Virus record (IMG/VR): IMGVR_UViG_3300021364_000006
From: a virus
Direction: 5' to 3' (one strand)
Length of the DNA stretch: 64,000 nucleotides
Part shown: positions 37,039 to 45,425 of the stretch, piece by piece
Numbering within the stretch: position 1 is the stretch's first letter
How the letters are laid out: each line of letters starts with the position of its first letter
The notes under the pieces: model-generated
The model's input: the letters and a program-made list of their open reading frames with translations, nothing else
Database searches by the model: none
Told to the model about the DNA's origin: nothing
Made by a program: the position numbers and the translations under genes

Positions 37039-37318
37039 TCAATTTTTTACTAGGTGTTTTCAAGACAGAAAACATTTCCTCATATTGCTCAACTATTTGT
37101 TCTTGAGCTTCTGCAATGTATACCACGTATTTTTTGGTAACACTGATTTCTTCACCTTTGCCTTTGAGAATGGGAGACCAAGGGGCAAATCCCATCTGAC
37201 CATTCCCTGCAGGAATAGCAACGATAGGATTGGTGATGCTGATGTTGTCCTCATTTTCATCAAGTAGGTCTGCGACAACATCTTCGCCAGACCACATACG
37301 GATCAATTTTACATTCAT
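37031..37318 (-). CDS. conserved hypothetical protein (Sm-like small beta protein)
   Basis: KLIRMWSGEDVV..GFAPW. Confidence 0.7.
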   Translation of the reverse strand: MNVKLIRMWSGEDVVADLLDENEDNISITNPIVAIPAGNGQMGFAPWSPILKGKGEEISVTKKYVVYIAEAQEQIVEQYEEMFSVLKTPSKKLIV

Positions 37319-38256
37319 TTGAATTCACACTCCACCATAACTTCTGTTAGTGCTGCTAATAAGTTAATCTCCTGGTCGGCAACGAAGGCAATCTGATACT
37401 GATACTTGGCGATGATCAGGACTGCAGCCGCCACAGAAGGACCCTCTAAGCGTTCGTAGAGGGCGTCATAGACGTTTCGGAGGATTACCCCAGGATCGTT
37501 GTCCAAGTTGTTCACGACCCATTTACGGACCTCTTTGAAGTTCTTCGACTGAAGAGACCTCATCAGACCTTCAATGTTGACATCAGAGAAAGTTGCAAGG
37601 ATACCAGAATCAATTTTACCACTGACAGCGTATCTTTGCAATTCATTCAAGACACGTCTCCAATCAGGAAAGTGTTTGTTGATCAACTCTGCAAGGACTT
37701 TCGGATCGTAGTCAATATTCTCTGAATCCAAGATTTGTTGAGCTCTTCCGAAGAAACTACTCGCGAGTTTTGGTTTAGACTTCGCTGGAGTTGAGAATTC
37801 AACGACGGCGCATCGAGAATGGAGGGGCTCGATGATTCGGTTTTTGTAGTTGCAGGTGAAGATGAATCGGCAGTTGTTATAAAATGCCTCAATATTCGCC
37901 CGTAGGAGGAGTTGTACGTCGTGGGTTGTGTTGTCAGCTTCGTCAATAATGATGACTTTTGGTTTACCATTGCCTTGAAGTGATACGGTCGAAGCAAAGT
38001 TCTTTGCCTGGTTCCTAACTGTGTCCAGAAATCGTCCTTCATCGGATCCATTGATGACATAATAGTCTACTCCCAATTCGTGACATAACGCTTTCGCCAC
38101 TGTGGTTTTACCACAACCAGCAGGTCCCGCCAACAAAAGATTAGGAACCTCTCCTTTATCTAGGAAATCTTGGAAGGTCTGCTTAATATTGTCAGGAAGT
38201 ATACACTCTTCAATAGTCTTGGGACGATACTTTTCAACCCAAAGAAATTCATTCAT
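37315..38256 (-). CDS. gp44: clamp loader large subunit
   Basis: LWVEKYRP, GPAGCGKT, DEAD, SRC. Confidence 0.96.
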   Translation of the reverse strand: MNEFLWVEKYRPKTIEECILPDNIKQTFQDFLDKGEVPNLLLAGPAGCGKTTVAKALCHELGVDYYVINGSDEGRFLDTVRNQAKNFASTVSLQGNGKPKVIIIDEADNTTHDVQLLLRANIEAFYNNCRFIFTCNYKNRIIEPLHSRCAVVEFSTPAKSKPKLASSFFGRAQQILDSENIDYDPKVLAELINKHFPDWRRVLNELQRYAVSGKIDSGILATFSDVNIEGLMRSLQSKNFKEVRKWVVNNLDNDPGVILRNVYDALYERLEGPSVAAAVLIIAKYQYQIAFVADQEINLLAALTEVMVECEFK

Positions 38257-38821
38257 AATAAGATTTGATTCGAGGAACATCAAGTGAAAAATCGAAAGAC
38301 ATATTACAACTGATAATTGTCTTTCTAGTTGAGGATTTGATCTTAGGTGATTTGTGTGGGATATACGAGTCAAACACTATTATATCACCTTCTTGCACTT
38401 CTGGTTGGTAGAGCTCCCTCTTTTCTGCATCAAAAAACTGAGTTGCATACTTGGGATCAGTTAGTTCCAAGTAATACACATAAGACAGATTTGATGATTG
38501 ATGAATATGCCAACCGTGACTATCACCATTCACATATTGTTGATACCAAGCATGACCAACAGTAAATGTTTCAAAAAAATATTTTTCCTTTAGGTGATCA
38601 TAAAATCCACCCAGGTGATCATCAAACAACCAGAAGTATGGAGCCTTATGCTCCCTCTTTAACCCAATAAAAAAATCTGTACTTGAGATAGTGCTTGCAT
38701 CATATTCACCACTATCATCTACATGTTCAGATTCTGCATTTGCAATTTTTTCTAAGAGAGTATCTTTGAGTTCTGAGTGTTTTTCAAAGGAGTATTTGAA
38801 TACTCTATCTCTTAAATCCAT
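38249..38821 (-). CDS. 2OG-Fe(II) oxygenase (HxH type)
   Basis: HGWHIH..SYVYYLE..FDSYIPHKS..KTIISCN. Confidence 0.8.
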   Translation of the reverse strand: MDLRDRVFKYSFEKHSELKDTLLEKIANAESEHVDDSGEYDASTISSTDFFIGLKREHKAPYFWLFDDHLGGFYDHLKEKYFFETFTVGHAWYQQYVNGDSHGWHIHQSSNLSYVYYLELTDPKYATQFFDAEKRELYQPEVQEGDIIVFDSYIPHKSPKIKSSTRKTIISCNMSFDFSLDVPRIKSYYE

Positions 38822-39339
38822 TCTGGTCTCCTATCTGGTATACGAAGATAATTGTCTTTCACCCAAGGTTTAGATGCAATATACATCTTATACTTTTCGT
38901 AAATGTCAACACCTGTATCATATTTAAACTCATCAGGGCCAGCAAAAACAAATGGTGTAGGACCCTTCCCAGAGCGCCCTGTAGGGTCTCCTGTGGGGAG
39001 TATTTCCTTTGCCGCCATCAGAGTACGAAAGCATGTGTGAACCTTCCCATACCTCATCTTGTACTCATCACAGAGAGCGATGCCATGTGAAAGCAACCAC
39101 TGCCAGTTCATTACAAACTCATTTGCCCAAATGGTACAGGGATGATTGCGAAAAGCACCCTTCTCAGTAGCATAGGGAGTCCCATCTGCTCTAGGAAGAG
39201 TGCCAAAATCATGACCCCATTTTTTTGAACATACAATTGCTAGCATCTGACAAGTCTCTAGCGGCATCTTGACGATATGCTTGTCAGGAAGAACTTGAGC
39301 TGACTTCCAAGGATCGGGATCTGTTACAAAGATGTTCAT
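38812..39339 (-). CDS. pyrimidine-dimer DNA glycosylase (DenV)-like protein
   Basis: MNIF..DKHIVKMPLETCQML..NHPCTIW. Confidence 0.7.
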   Translation of the reverse strand: MNIFVTDPDPWKSAQVLPDKHIVKMPLETCQMLAIVCSKKWGHDFGTLPRADGTPYATEKGAFRNHPCTIWANEFVMNWQWLLSHGIALCDEYKMRYGKVHTCFRTLMAAKEILPTGDPTGRSGKGPTPFVFAGPDEFKYDTGVDIYEKYKMYIASKPWVKDNYLRIPDRRPEWI

Positions 39340-39493
39340 TGTCGTTCCAATGGCGGATTACTCCGCTGATGATAAAAAGATTGGTGACTAGGTAGGAAAG
39401 GAGAATAAGTGTTCGTATGAGAGCAATGACGTTTGCCTCAGCGTCAGTCCTACCCTCCTTTCTACCTAGAGCATAGCTCCAGAGTCTCCACAT
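39284..39493 (-). CDS. small membrane protein
   Basis: WRLWSYALG..IISGVIRHW. Confidence 0.65.
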   Translation of the reverse strand: MWRLWSYALGRKEGRTDAEANVIALIRTLILLSYLVTNLFIISGVIRHWNDNEHLCNRSRSLEVSSSSS

Positions 39494-40167
39494 CAGTCAT
39501 TATACACGGAATCTGGTTCTAGTGCAATGAAGTAGTCTAGGGCCTGTGACTCAACAGTATTGGTAAACTTTGAGAGACACTTGCTAGAGATGGTGACTGT
39601 GTAGTTACCAGGGAGAATCTTGATATTCTCAACTTTGAAATTGAAACTGAACTGCTTGTCAGTTTCACCAACTACGATTGAGTGATCATTTGAAGTGTCG
39701 TTCTTCTTATCGCGAACGGAAAGACGAATGACACCAGCATCACCAATGACAGCAAGATCAGGAAGATCCAGAGTATTTGCTGCTTGTAGAAGTTGATTCA
39801 GATGACCCTGATTGATTTGAAAAGTAATATCTTCACTGGGAAGAGTGAGTTGCTTTTCTGGTGGAGATACAATCACATTAGGATCGGCAAAGAAATAACG
39901 TGAACGATTACGTCCTTCTCGGATAGTGACATAATTATCTTCACTGAAATCAAGCTCAGGATCTTGATGTAGACGAAGAACTTTTAGAAACTGAGGAAGA
40001 TCGTAGATAGCAAAGTCCTTTGGGAACTCTTCTTCAATCTTTGCTTCAGCAAGAATGTTCTTCATAACTGAAATAGTACGAAGTTTATCACCCTTTTTAA
40101 CCAGGATAGACTGGTTAATATCAGAGTAATTGTTCAAGATAGCAACAGTTTGCTTAGAAAGTTTCAT
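39493..40167 (-). CDS. gp45: sliding clamp
   Basis: MKLS..INQSIL..FAIYDL..IALE. Confidence 0.93.
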   Translation of the reverse strand: MKLSKQTVAILNNYSDINQSILVKKGDKLRTISVMKNILAEAKIEEEFPKDFAIYDLPQFLKVLRLHQDPELDFSEDNYVTIREGRNRSRYFFADPNVIVSPPEKQLTLPSEDITFQINQGHLNQLLQAANTLDLPDLAVIGDAGVIRLSVRDKKNDTSNDHSIVVGETDKQFSFNFKVENIKILPGNYTVTISSKCLSKFTNTVESQALDYFIALEPDSVYND

Positions 40168-40675
40168 AATTATTGGAAGGAGGGGTGTGAAGTCCTGAGA
40201 AGTGATAGAGAAGGATACAATAATGGATTGCCTTCAAAATGTCAAGTTTGGATTTACCATTCTTCTTTCCAAAGCGGGAAAGATATTTGATTGCATTTGA
40301 TCTGCAGAAAGGTTCTGCATCACCAATACTTTCAATCAAATCAAGAGTCTGAGTTTTAGATTCTTGAGATGTATAGTGTGACTTATAAGTACCAGAGAGA
40401 TAGTCACGAATCTCTTTCATAGTAAGATCTTCTTCATACTTCCAAAAACCATTTTTAGAAGTGGATTCAAGATTTAGATCGATTTGATTTTCATTAGTCA
40501 TAGCGTTCAGTTTTGCTTCTGCTGTCCACCCATCATCAAAAGCAGATGGAAGCCCACCAGGAGACATCAACTGATCATAAGTGTCTTGTGCAATTTTGTC
40601 GAGTGGATCATCACTCAAAATAATACGATCTTCTTCATTCATTTCTTCGTAAAGTAAACTCCAAGAGTTGGTCAC
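40154..40675 (-). CDS. DUF3310-like conserved protein
   Basis: TYKSHY..NAIKYLSRFGKKNG..KAIHY. Confidence 0.7.
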   Translation of the reverse strand: MTNSWSLLYEEMNEEDRIILSDDPLDKIAQDTYDQLMSPGGLPSAFDDGWTAEAKLNAMTNENQIDLNLESTSKNGFWKYEEDLTMKEIRDYLSGTYKSHYTSQESKTQTLDLIESIGDAEPFCRSNAIKYLSRFGKKNGKSKLDILKAIHYCILLYHFSGLHTPPSNNYETF

Positions 40676-40678
40676 ATT

Positions 40679-41266
40679 CTACACCTCTTTGAATAAAAAT
40701 GCAAGTGTTTTTCTTTCGCATTGAGCGAATCTATTGGGAGCCAATCCTCTATGATACAAACTCCCATCAAATAATACAGCACAATTGGGCATGAATGGAA
40801 GTGCAATGTAATCTTCGGAATCTCTCTCAGTTTGAATTTCTACATGACCACCCCATGTTGCATCCCAATCATATTCAGAAAAAACAACAACCGTCCAACA
40901 TCTAACATCAGGATTATCGATGTAATAATCATCGTCGGTGTGAAAAGCAGAATCTTGACCATGAAATTGAATGTTGGTATTGATTCTAATCAATTCCAAA
41001 TCTCTTTTCAAAATCTTTTGAATTTTGAGTTTGGCAATAGTTGACGCCTTAATGAACTGGAAATTTGTACTGTAAGGCCAACTCTCAGAATGCTCATGAC
41101 AATCCATCAGCATTCCAAAAATTGGATCATTTGGATTCTCATGTTTATCAAAAACCCATTGAGAATGAAAGGGAAGGAACTCTTCAAGAATTCCTTCGTA
41201 CATATCCTCATCAAAGATGTTTTTTATGTACCACACCTCTGGGCATTTTTGAGAGACTTCTATCAT
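40679..41266 (-). CDS. 2OG-Fe(II) oxygenase (HxD, WGG type)
   Basis: FHTD..WDATWGG..FDGSLYHRG..RKTLAF. Confidence 0.85.
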   Translation of the reverse strand: MIEVSQKCPEVWYIKNIFDEDMYEGILEEFLPFHSQWVFDKHENPNDPIFGMLMDCHEHSESWPYSTNFQFIKASTIAKLKIQKILKRDLELIRINTNIQFHGQDSAFHTDDDYYIDNPDVRCWTVVVFSEYDWDATWGGHVEIQTERDSEDYIALPFMPNCAVLFDGSLYHRGLAPNRFAQCERKTLAFLFKEV

Positions 41267-42327
41267 TCTTCAATGGTCAAATTAAAATCAGCGTCAACTT
41301 TATCATACAGTTCCAAGAAGGACTGTTTGGTTTCGTCGTCAAAACGATTTAGGCAAATTCCAATTGCCTTTTCTTTATCACCAAAGATACTGTATGCCTT
41401 AAGAATGTGAACCAAACGACGAGTAGAGATAATCTCTTCGATACCACCATCATAGAAAGTTTTACGGATGATATCAGCCCAATCACAAAGTCGCTTACAG
41501 AAAACCTCATCATCACAAAGTTTACCCAGAATCTTCTGTTCAATTTGTGGGGTTGGATATTCTTGCTCAAACGTGACAGGGAAACGCTCAAGGAATGCTT
41601 CATTCAATACGTTGGTGCCGATGAAGCGACCGTCATCAGAACCCTTACCCTTGGTATTTGCAGTAGCAAAGATTTGGAAACCAGCAGCAGGTTGAACGAA
41701 CTTACCAATCTTTTTCAGGAAAACACCCTTTCCTTCAAGAATCGATTGAAGACACATAATCTTGTTAGAGGCCAAGTCAAGCTCATCCAACAACAATACA
41801 GCACCACGCTGTAGAGCGTCAATAACAGGCCCATTGTGCCAAACAGTATTACCGTCAACCAACCGAAAACCACCGATGAGATCATCTTCATCTGTTTCGA
41901 TAGTGATGTTAACACGAATCAACTCACGTCCGAGTTGGGCACACGCTTGCTCAACCGAGAACGTTTTACCATTGCCCGAAAGTCCCGTAATGAACGTCGG
42001 ATAAAACAATCGCGATTGAATAATTTTGCGAACATCGCTGAAATTACCAAACTTGACGAAGGAATCATCTTTCTGAGGAATAAGGTTTTGCTCAATTGCA
42101 GGCATAGCTGCAGGTGAATTATAAGTTACTTCCAGATCCTGAACTGTCTCTTTTGTAACTTCCAGGTTCCATTTGCCACGACCAATTTTGTAATCAGTCA
42201 GTTTGTTTGTGATGGTCTGATAATTGAAATCATTCATCTTGCAAAATGCCCTGATCTCAGCGGAGTTTACAGATTCACCGTAAGATTCGCGGAGACATTC
42301 GATGATGCTGCTTTTGGAGAGACCCAT
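41263..42327 (-). CDS. cobS: CobS/MoxR-like AAA+ ATPase
   Basis: GLSGNGKT, LLDE, TANTKG, AFLERF. Confidence 0.88.
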   Translation of the reverse strand: MGLSKSSIIECLRESYGESVNSAEIRAFCKMNDFNYQTITNKLTDYKIGRGKWNLEVTKETVQDLEVTYNSPAAMPAIEQNLIPQKDDSFVKFGNFSDVRKIIQSRLFYPTFITGLSGNGKTFSVEQACAQLGRELIRVNITIETDEDDLIGGFRLVDGNTVWHNGPVIDALQRGAVLLLDELDLASNKIMCLQSILEGKGVFLKKIGKFVQPAAGFQIFATANTKGKGSDDGRFIGTNVLNEAFLERFPVTFEQEYPTPQIEQKILGKLCDDEVFCKRLCDWADIIRKTFYDGGIEEIISTRRLVHILKAYSIFGDKEKAIGICLNRFDDETKQSFLELYDKVDADFNLTIEE

Positions 42328-42348
42328 TTGCTTTGTTTAACTGAAGTT

Positions 42349-42403
42349 ATTATAGTACGGGAGTGGAGGGAATGGAAGACGTGGCCGCCAGTTTATGAAC
42401 TGG
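42349..42403 (-). promoter_or_regulatory. early promoter with upstream palindrome
   Basis: CCAGTT-N4-AACTGG, 33 nt, TATAAT. Confidence 0.65.
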
Positions 42404-42405
42404 TC

Positions 42406-44565
42406 TCAGCAAACAAGAGAGATGAATTCAGATAGAATTTTTTTGTTCATCTTTTTACTCTTCAGAGACTTTGTAAATGCAGATTTGATTTGTGCTTTGG
42501 TTGCATCTGTATTTACAGAAAACTCTGTTTCTTGCGACAGAGCATTAGCAGAGAGTCCAAAATATGTATTGTAACCAACTTCTTTCATTGAAAAACTGCG
42601 AGTCTTTTTCCATGACTTTTCAGCTTCATCAAATTTATCACCATAGAGATACATTTGCATGAACTTACCTGCTTCCCGAGGACCTAGAACACGAATGCCA
42701 ATGAAGTTTACATTTGGAAAACGATCACGGAGATTATTCAAAAGAACTTGTGTGAACTCATGATAAGAGTATCCAAAACTGTAAGTAGTTCCAATTTTGC
42801 GATCACGAAGGAAAGTTGTTTCTGGATTTACAGATCGAGTTCCAATGTAACTTTCACTATTGTATCGATAATTCACCTCTACATGACGATTTAGTTGATG
42901 TGCTTCACCATCAGTGAGAATAACACACTGAACCTTTTGAAGTTTATTGGTCTTTTGAAACTGTGGAATAATTTGATGAAGACTGATAATAGCTTCATTC
43001 AGTGGAGTTCCAGACAAAGATGTTTGTGTTGGATTGTGATAGGAGACACCTGACCGCTGATAATAAGTCGCAATCCTCCATACGTTCATCATACATTTTT
43101 CAAAATCTGAAGACTTGATCCTGCTACTGAGCATATTCAAAAGATTGAAATCTTTATCAATTTTGAAAATATCTTCTTTCAGTTCATATTTGAGTTCAGG
43201 ACCAGAAATAAACTTTCCGTCATCATCATATGTTGCATGAGCCCAATGATTTGTGAATGCATATACTTCAAACGGAATATTGACTTTCTTACAGAACCAA
43301 ACCAAATTAAAAAGTTGTTTGACAGTATCAGTCAAAACATCTGCCATTGAACCAGACCAATCTAGAACGAAGATGAGTCCATGATTCTTACCATCAGCAA
43401 GCGTGGTAACTTTCTTGAATAGATCTTCATTGTATTTGTAAGTGTGCAACTTAGTGCAGTCAAGAACACCAGTGCGAGCGGTTGTAGCACGGGCATAAGA
43501 ATCTGCAGACTTCTTACACTCAAATTCTTTCACAAGATAGTTAACTTCTTTCTGAGCGGACTTCTTGAATTTTTTGTATTCAGTATCTGCAGATTCAAAA
43601 ATATTTGTATATCGATATTCATATTGAGTAGCACGATCCTCTGCGATCTGAACTTGAGTTGCAAACTGTTGATTCAGATATGAGTGAATCTCAGTGTGAT
43701 CTACAACAATCTTGTCCATATCGAGAGTTTGAATCTCAACATAATTATTTTCATAGAACTCATCATTTCTCATGAGATCTTGAAGGTTCTTTTCAAGAGA
43801 AGACTCGGTACGAACTTCTGGTTCTGCAGAATCAGTTTCTTGTTTTTCGTAACTTGGAGTATCTAGATCGGCATCATCTTTATTGAAGTCGCGATCATTA
43901 CGATGATCATCTTCAGGATCACTTTCAGTTGGCCATTCTTTTTTCTCTTCTAGATCACCACCAGTAGGACCATCAGACTGTTGTTGTGGTGGTGCAATAT
44001 TGGGGTGACTTTCCCGCGAATCTTTACAATACTTGTAAAGTTCTTCAGCCGTGATCAATACATCAGCGAAAGTTTCACAGTCAGAGATCATATTGATGAT
44101 CTCCTTCTCACTATCACTCTGAAAGGGAATATCAACATAGTTACCAATCTTGAAGTACAGATTTGCACGATCTGCAAGATTCATTTCACTCAGATCTTCA
44201 TCTTCAACTTCAAAGAAGTCTTCATCAGAAAGTTCTGAATACCCCCGATAAAAAGTCTTGGAGAGGCCTCCATATTTTCGTTTCATCAATTTTTCAATAC
44301 GAGCATCTTCAACGATATTTACAAAGGAAGGGGGAATGTTTTTAGTCTCATTCCATTTCTCATCAGGAGTAAACAGAGCATGTCCAACTTCATGACCCAC
44401 CAGAAGGTCATAAACACAGTTAGATGCTTTTTCCCAGGTAGGTAGGGTCAAAACCCTTGTATGAACGTTAAAGGACGCAGTACGGACGTTTTTATGCTCA
44501 ACTACCAAGTCTTCAGTAGCAAGTAGTTTAGCAAGTTGAGATTTGATTTCGTGACGGACGCCCAT
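42406..44565 (-). CDS. HExxH metallopeptidase / vWA (CobT-like) protein
   Basis: HEVGHAL, EDARIE, DWSGS, TDGE. Confidence 0.88.
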   Translation of the reverse strand: MGVRHEIKSQLAKLLATEDLVVEHKNVRTASFNVHTRVLTLPTWEKASNCVYDLLVGHEVGHALFTPDEKWNETKNIPPSFVNIVEDARIEKLMKRKYGGLSKTFYRGYSELSDEDFFEVEDEDLSEMNLADRANLYFKIGNYVDIPFQSDSEKEIINMISDCETFADVLITAEELYKYCKDSRESHPNIAPPQQQSDGPTGGDLEEKKEWPTESDPEDDHRNDRDFNKDDADLDTPSYEKQETDSAEPEVRTESSLEKNLQDLMRNDEFYENNYVEIQTLDMDKIVVDHTEIHSYLNQQFATQVQIAEDRATQYEYRYTNIFESADTEYKKFKKSAQKEVNYLVKEFECKKSADSYARATTARTGVLDCTKLHTYKYNEDLFKKVTTLADGKNHGLIFVLDWSGSMADVLTDTVKQLFNLVWFCKKVNIPFEVYAFTNHWAHATYDDDGKFISGPELKYELKEDIFKIDKDFNLLNMLSSRIKSSDFEKCMMNVWRIATYYQRSGVSYHNPTQTSLSGTPLNEAIISLHQIIPQFQKTNKLQKVQCVILTDGEAHQLNRHVEVNYRYNSESYIGTRSVNPETTFLRDRKIGTTYSFGYSYHEFTQVLLNNLRDRFPNVNFIGIRVLGPREAGKFMQMYLYGDKFDEAEKSWKKTRSFSMKEVGYNTYFGLSANALSQETEFSVNTDATKAQIKSAFTKSLKSKKMNKKILSEFISLVC

Positions 44566-44586
44566 GAATCTTTTGCGTATAGGACT

Positions 44587-44641
44587 ATTATACAACAAAA
44601 AGGGGGGTGTAAAGACCCCCCTGTGCCAGTTTAAGAATCGG
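44587..44641 (-). promoter_or_regulatory. early promoter with imperfect palindrome and embedded terminator
   Basis: CCGATT-N4-AACTGG, 33 nt, TATAAT; G6/C6 hairpin plus T5. Confidence 0.65.
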
Positions 44642-44777
44642 CCTCTTCTTCATATTCAATTACAACTCGTTTGTACTTTCTACCATTACTATCCACACAA
44701 GAGATGTGTCTCAACGTACCATCCAATTCATCTGCAACTTCATGCAGTGTCCACCATGGAACTTGTTTTTCAGTCAC
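44631..44777 (-). CDS. hypothetical protein (48 aa, GTG start)
   Basis: MTEKQVPWWTLHEVA; GGAGG upstream. Confidence 0.6.
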   Translation of the reverse strand: MTEKQVPWWTLHEVADELDGTLRHISCVDSNGRKYKRVVIEYEEEADS

Positions 44778-44905
44778 GTTGCCTCCACTCATCAATTTCT
44801 TCTTGAGTAGGAACGTTGATTCGGAAGGCAAGACCCTCTTCCTCAAACTCTTCGTTCATTTTTTCGTATGTCTCAGGAGTAATCTTTTCAGTCACGTTGC
44901 CTCCA
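44767..44905. repeat. 21-bp direct repeats (44767-44787 and 44885-44905)
   Basis: ttttcagtcacgttgcctcca twice, 118 bp apart. Confidence 0.92.
44770..44895 (-). CDS. hypothetical protein (41 aa, GTG start)
   Basis: MTEKITPETYEKMNEEFEEEG..WRQRD. Confidence 0.6.
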   Translation of the reverse strand: MTEKITPETYEKMNEEFEEEGLAFRINVPTQEEIDEWRQRD

Positions 44906-45202
44906 ATCATCGGATTTATCTCTTTGGAACCAGTCATTGATGTCATCTGCACCATCAAACCCCGTTTTGTAATTGGATGGATCGGGGTCTCCTAATCCCA
45001 TCCTATTCATAAAATCATCCATACTACCCTCTTCAATATTTTGAGCAGCTTGACGACGTGCTTTATTTAACCAATCTCTAGCAAGTGTATGTGCTTTGGC
45101 AAGTTTTTCTACCCAAATCATGTCCTCTAAGGGAACTTCTTCTTTATTAGCAATACATCGACAAATGGATTCTAGTCTGAGGCGATATGCAGTAGATAAC
45201 AT
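44888..45202 (-). CDS. conserved cyanophage hypothetical protein
   Basis: MLSTAYRLRLE..GDPDP..WRQRD. Confidence 0.8.
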   Translation of the reverse strand: MLSTAYRLRLESICRCIANKEEVPLEDMIWVEKLAKAHTLARDWLNKARRQAAQNIEEGSMDDFMNRMGLGDPDPSNYKTGFDGADDINDWFQRDKSDDWRQRD

Positions 45203-45396
45203 TAGTCTCGCAGTTTTAGTTCTAGGTCTTCTAATTTGTGATACTCAGCATGTGCTCGTTCTTGACGATCACAAATAATACTGAGGATATCATTCATAAT
45301 GATATCGTTGTCAACGTAATCGTCAAGATACTTATCCAGAGCTTCTTTCAAGTATCTTTTCCTATGCCATTCTGGAGAATAAGGTTTGTAGTTCAT
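45202..45396 (-). CDS. conserved cyanophage hypothetical protein
   Basis: YKPYSPEWHRKRYLKEA. Confidence 0.75.
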   Translation of the reverse strand: MNYKPYSPEWHRKRYLKEALDKYLDDYVDNDIIMNDILSIICDRQERAHAEYHKLEDLELKLRD

Positions 45397-45425
45397 GGTC
45401 CATAATGTAAAGTCATGTATTGTAT

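Noticed and set aside
41263-42327. cobS as a true cobalamin biosynthesis gene
   Set aside because: No cobN or other cob genes in the window; MoxR-like AAA/vWA pairing explains it better
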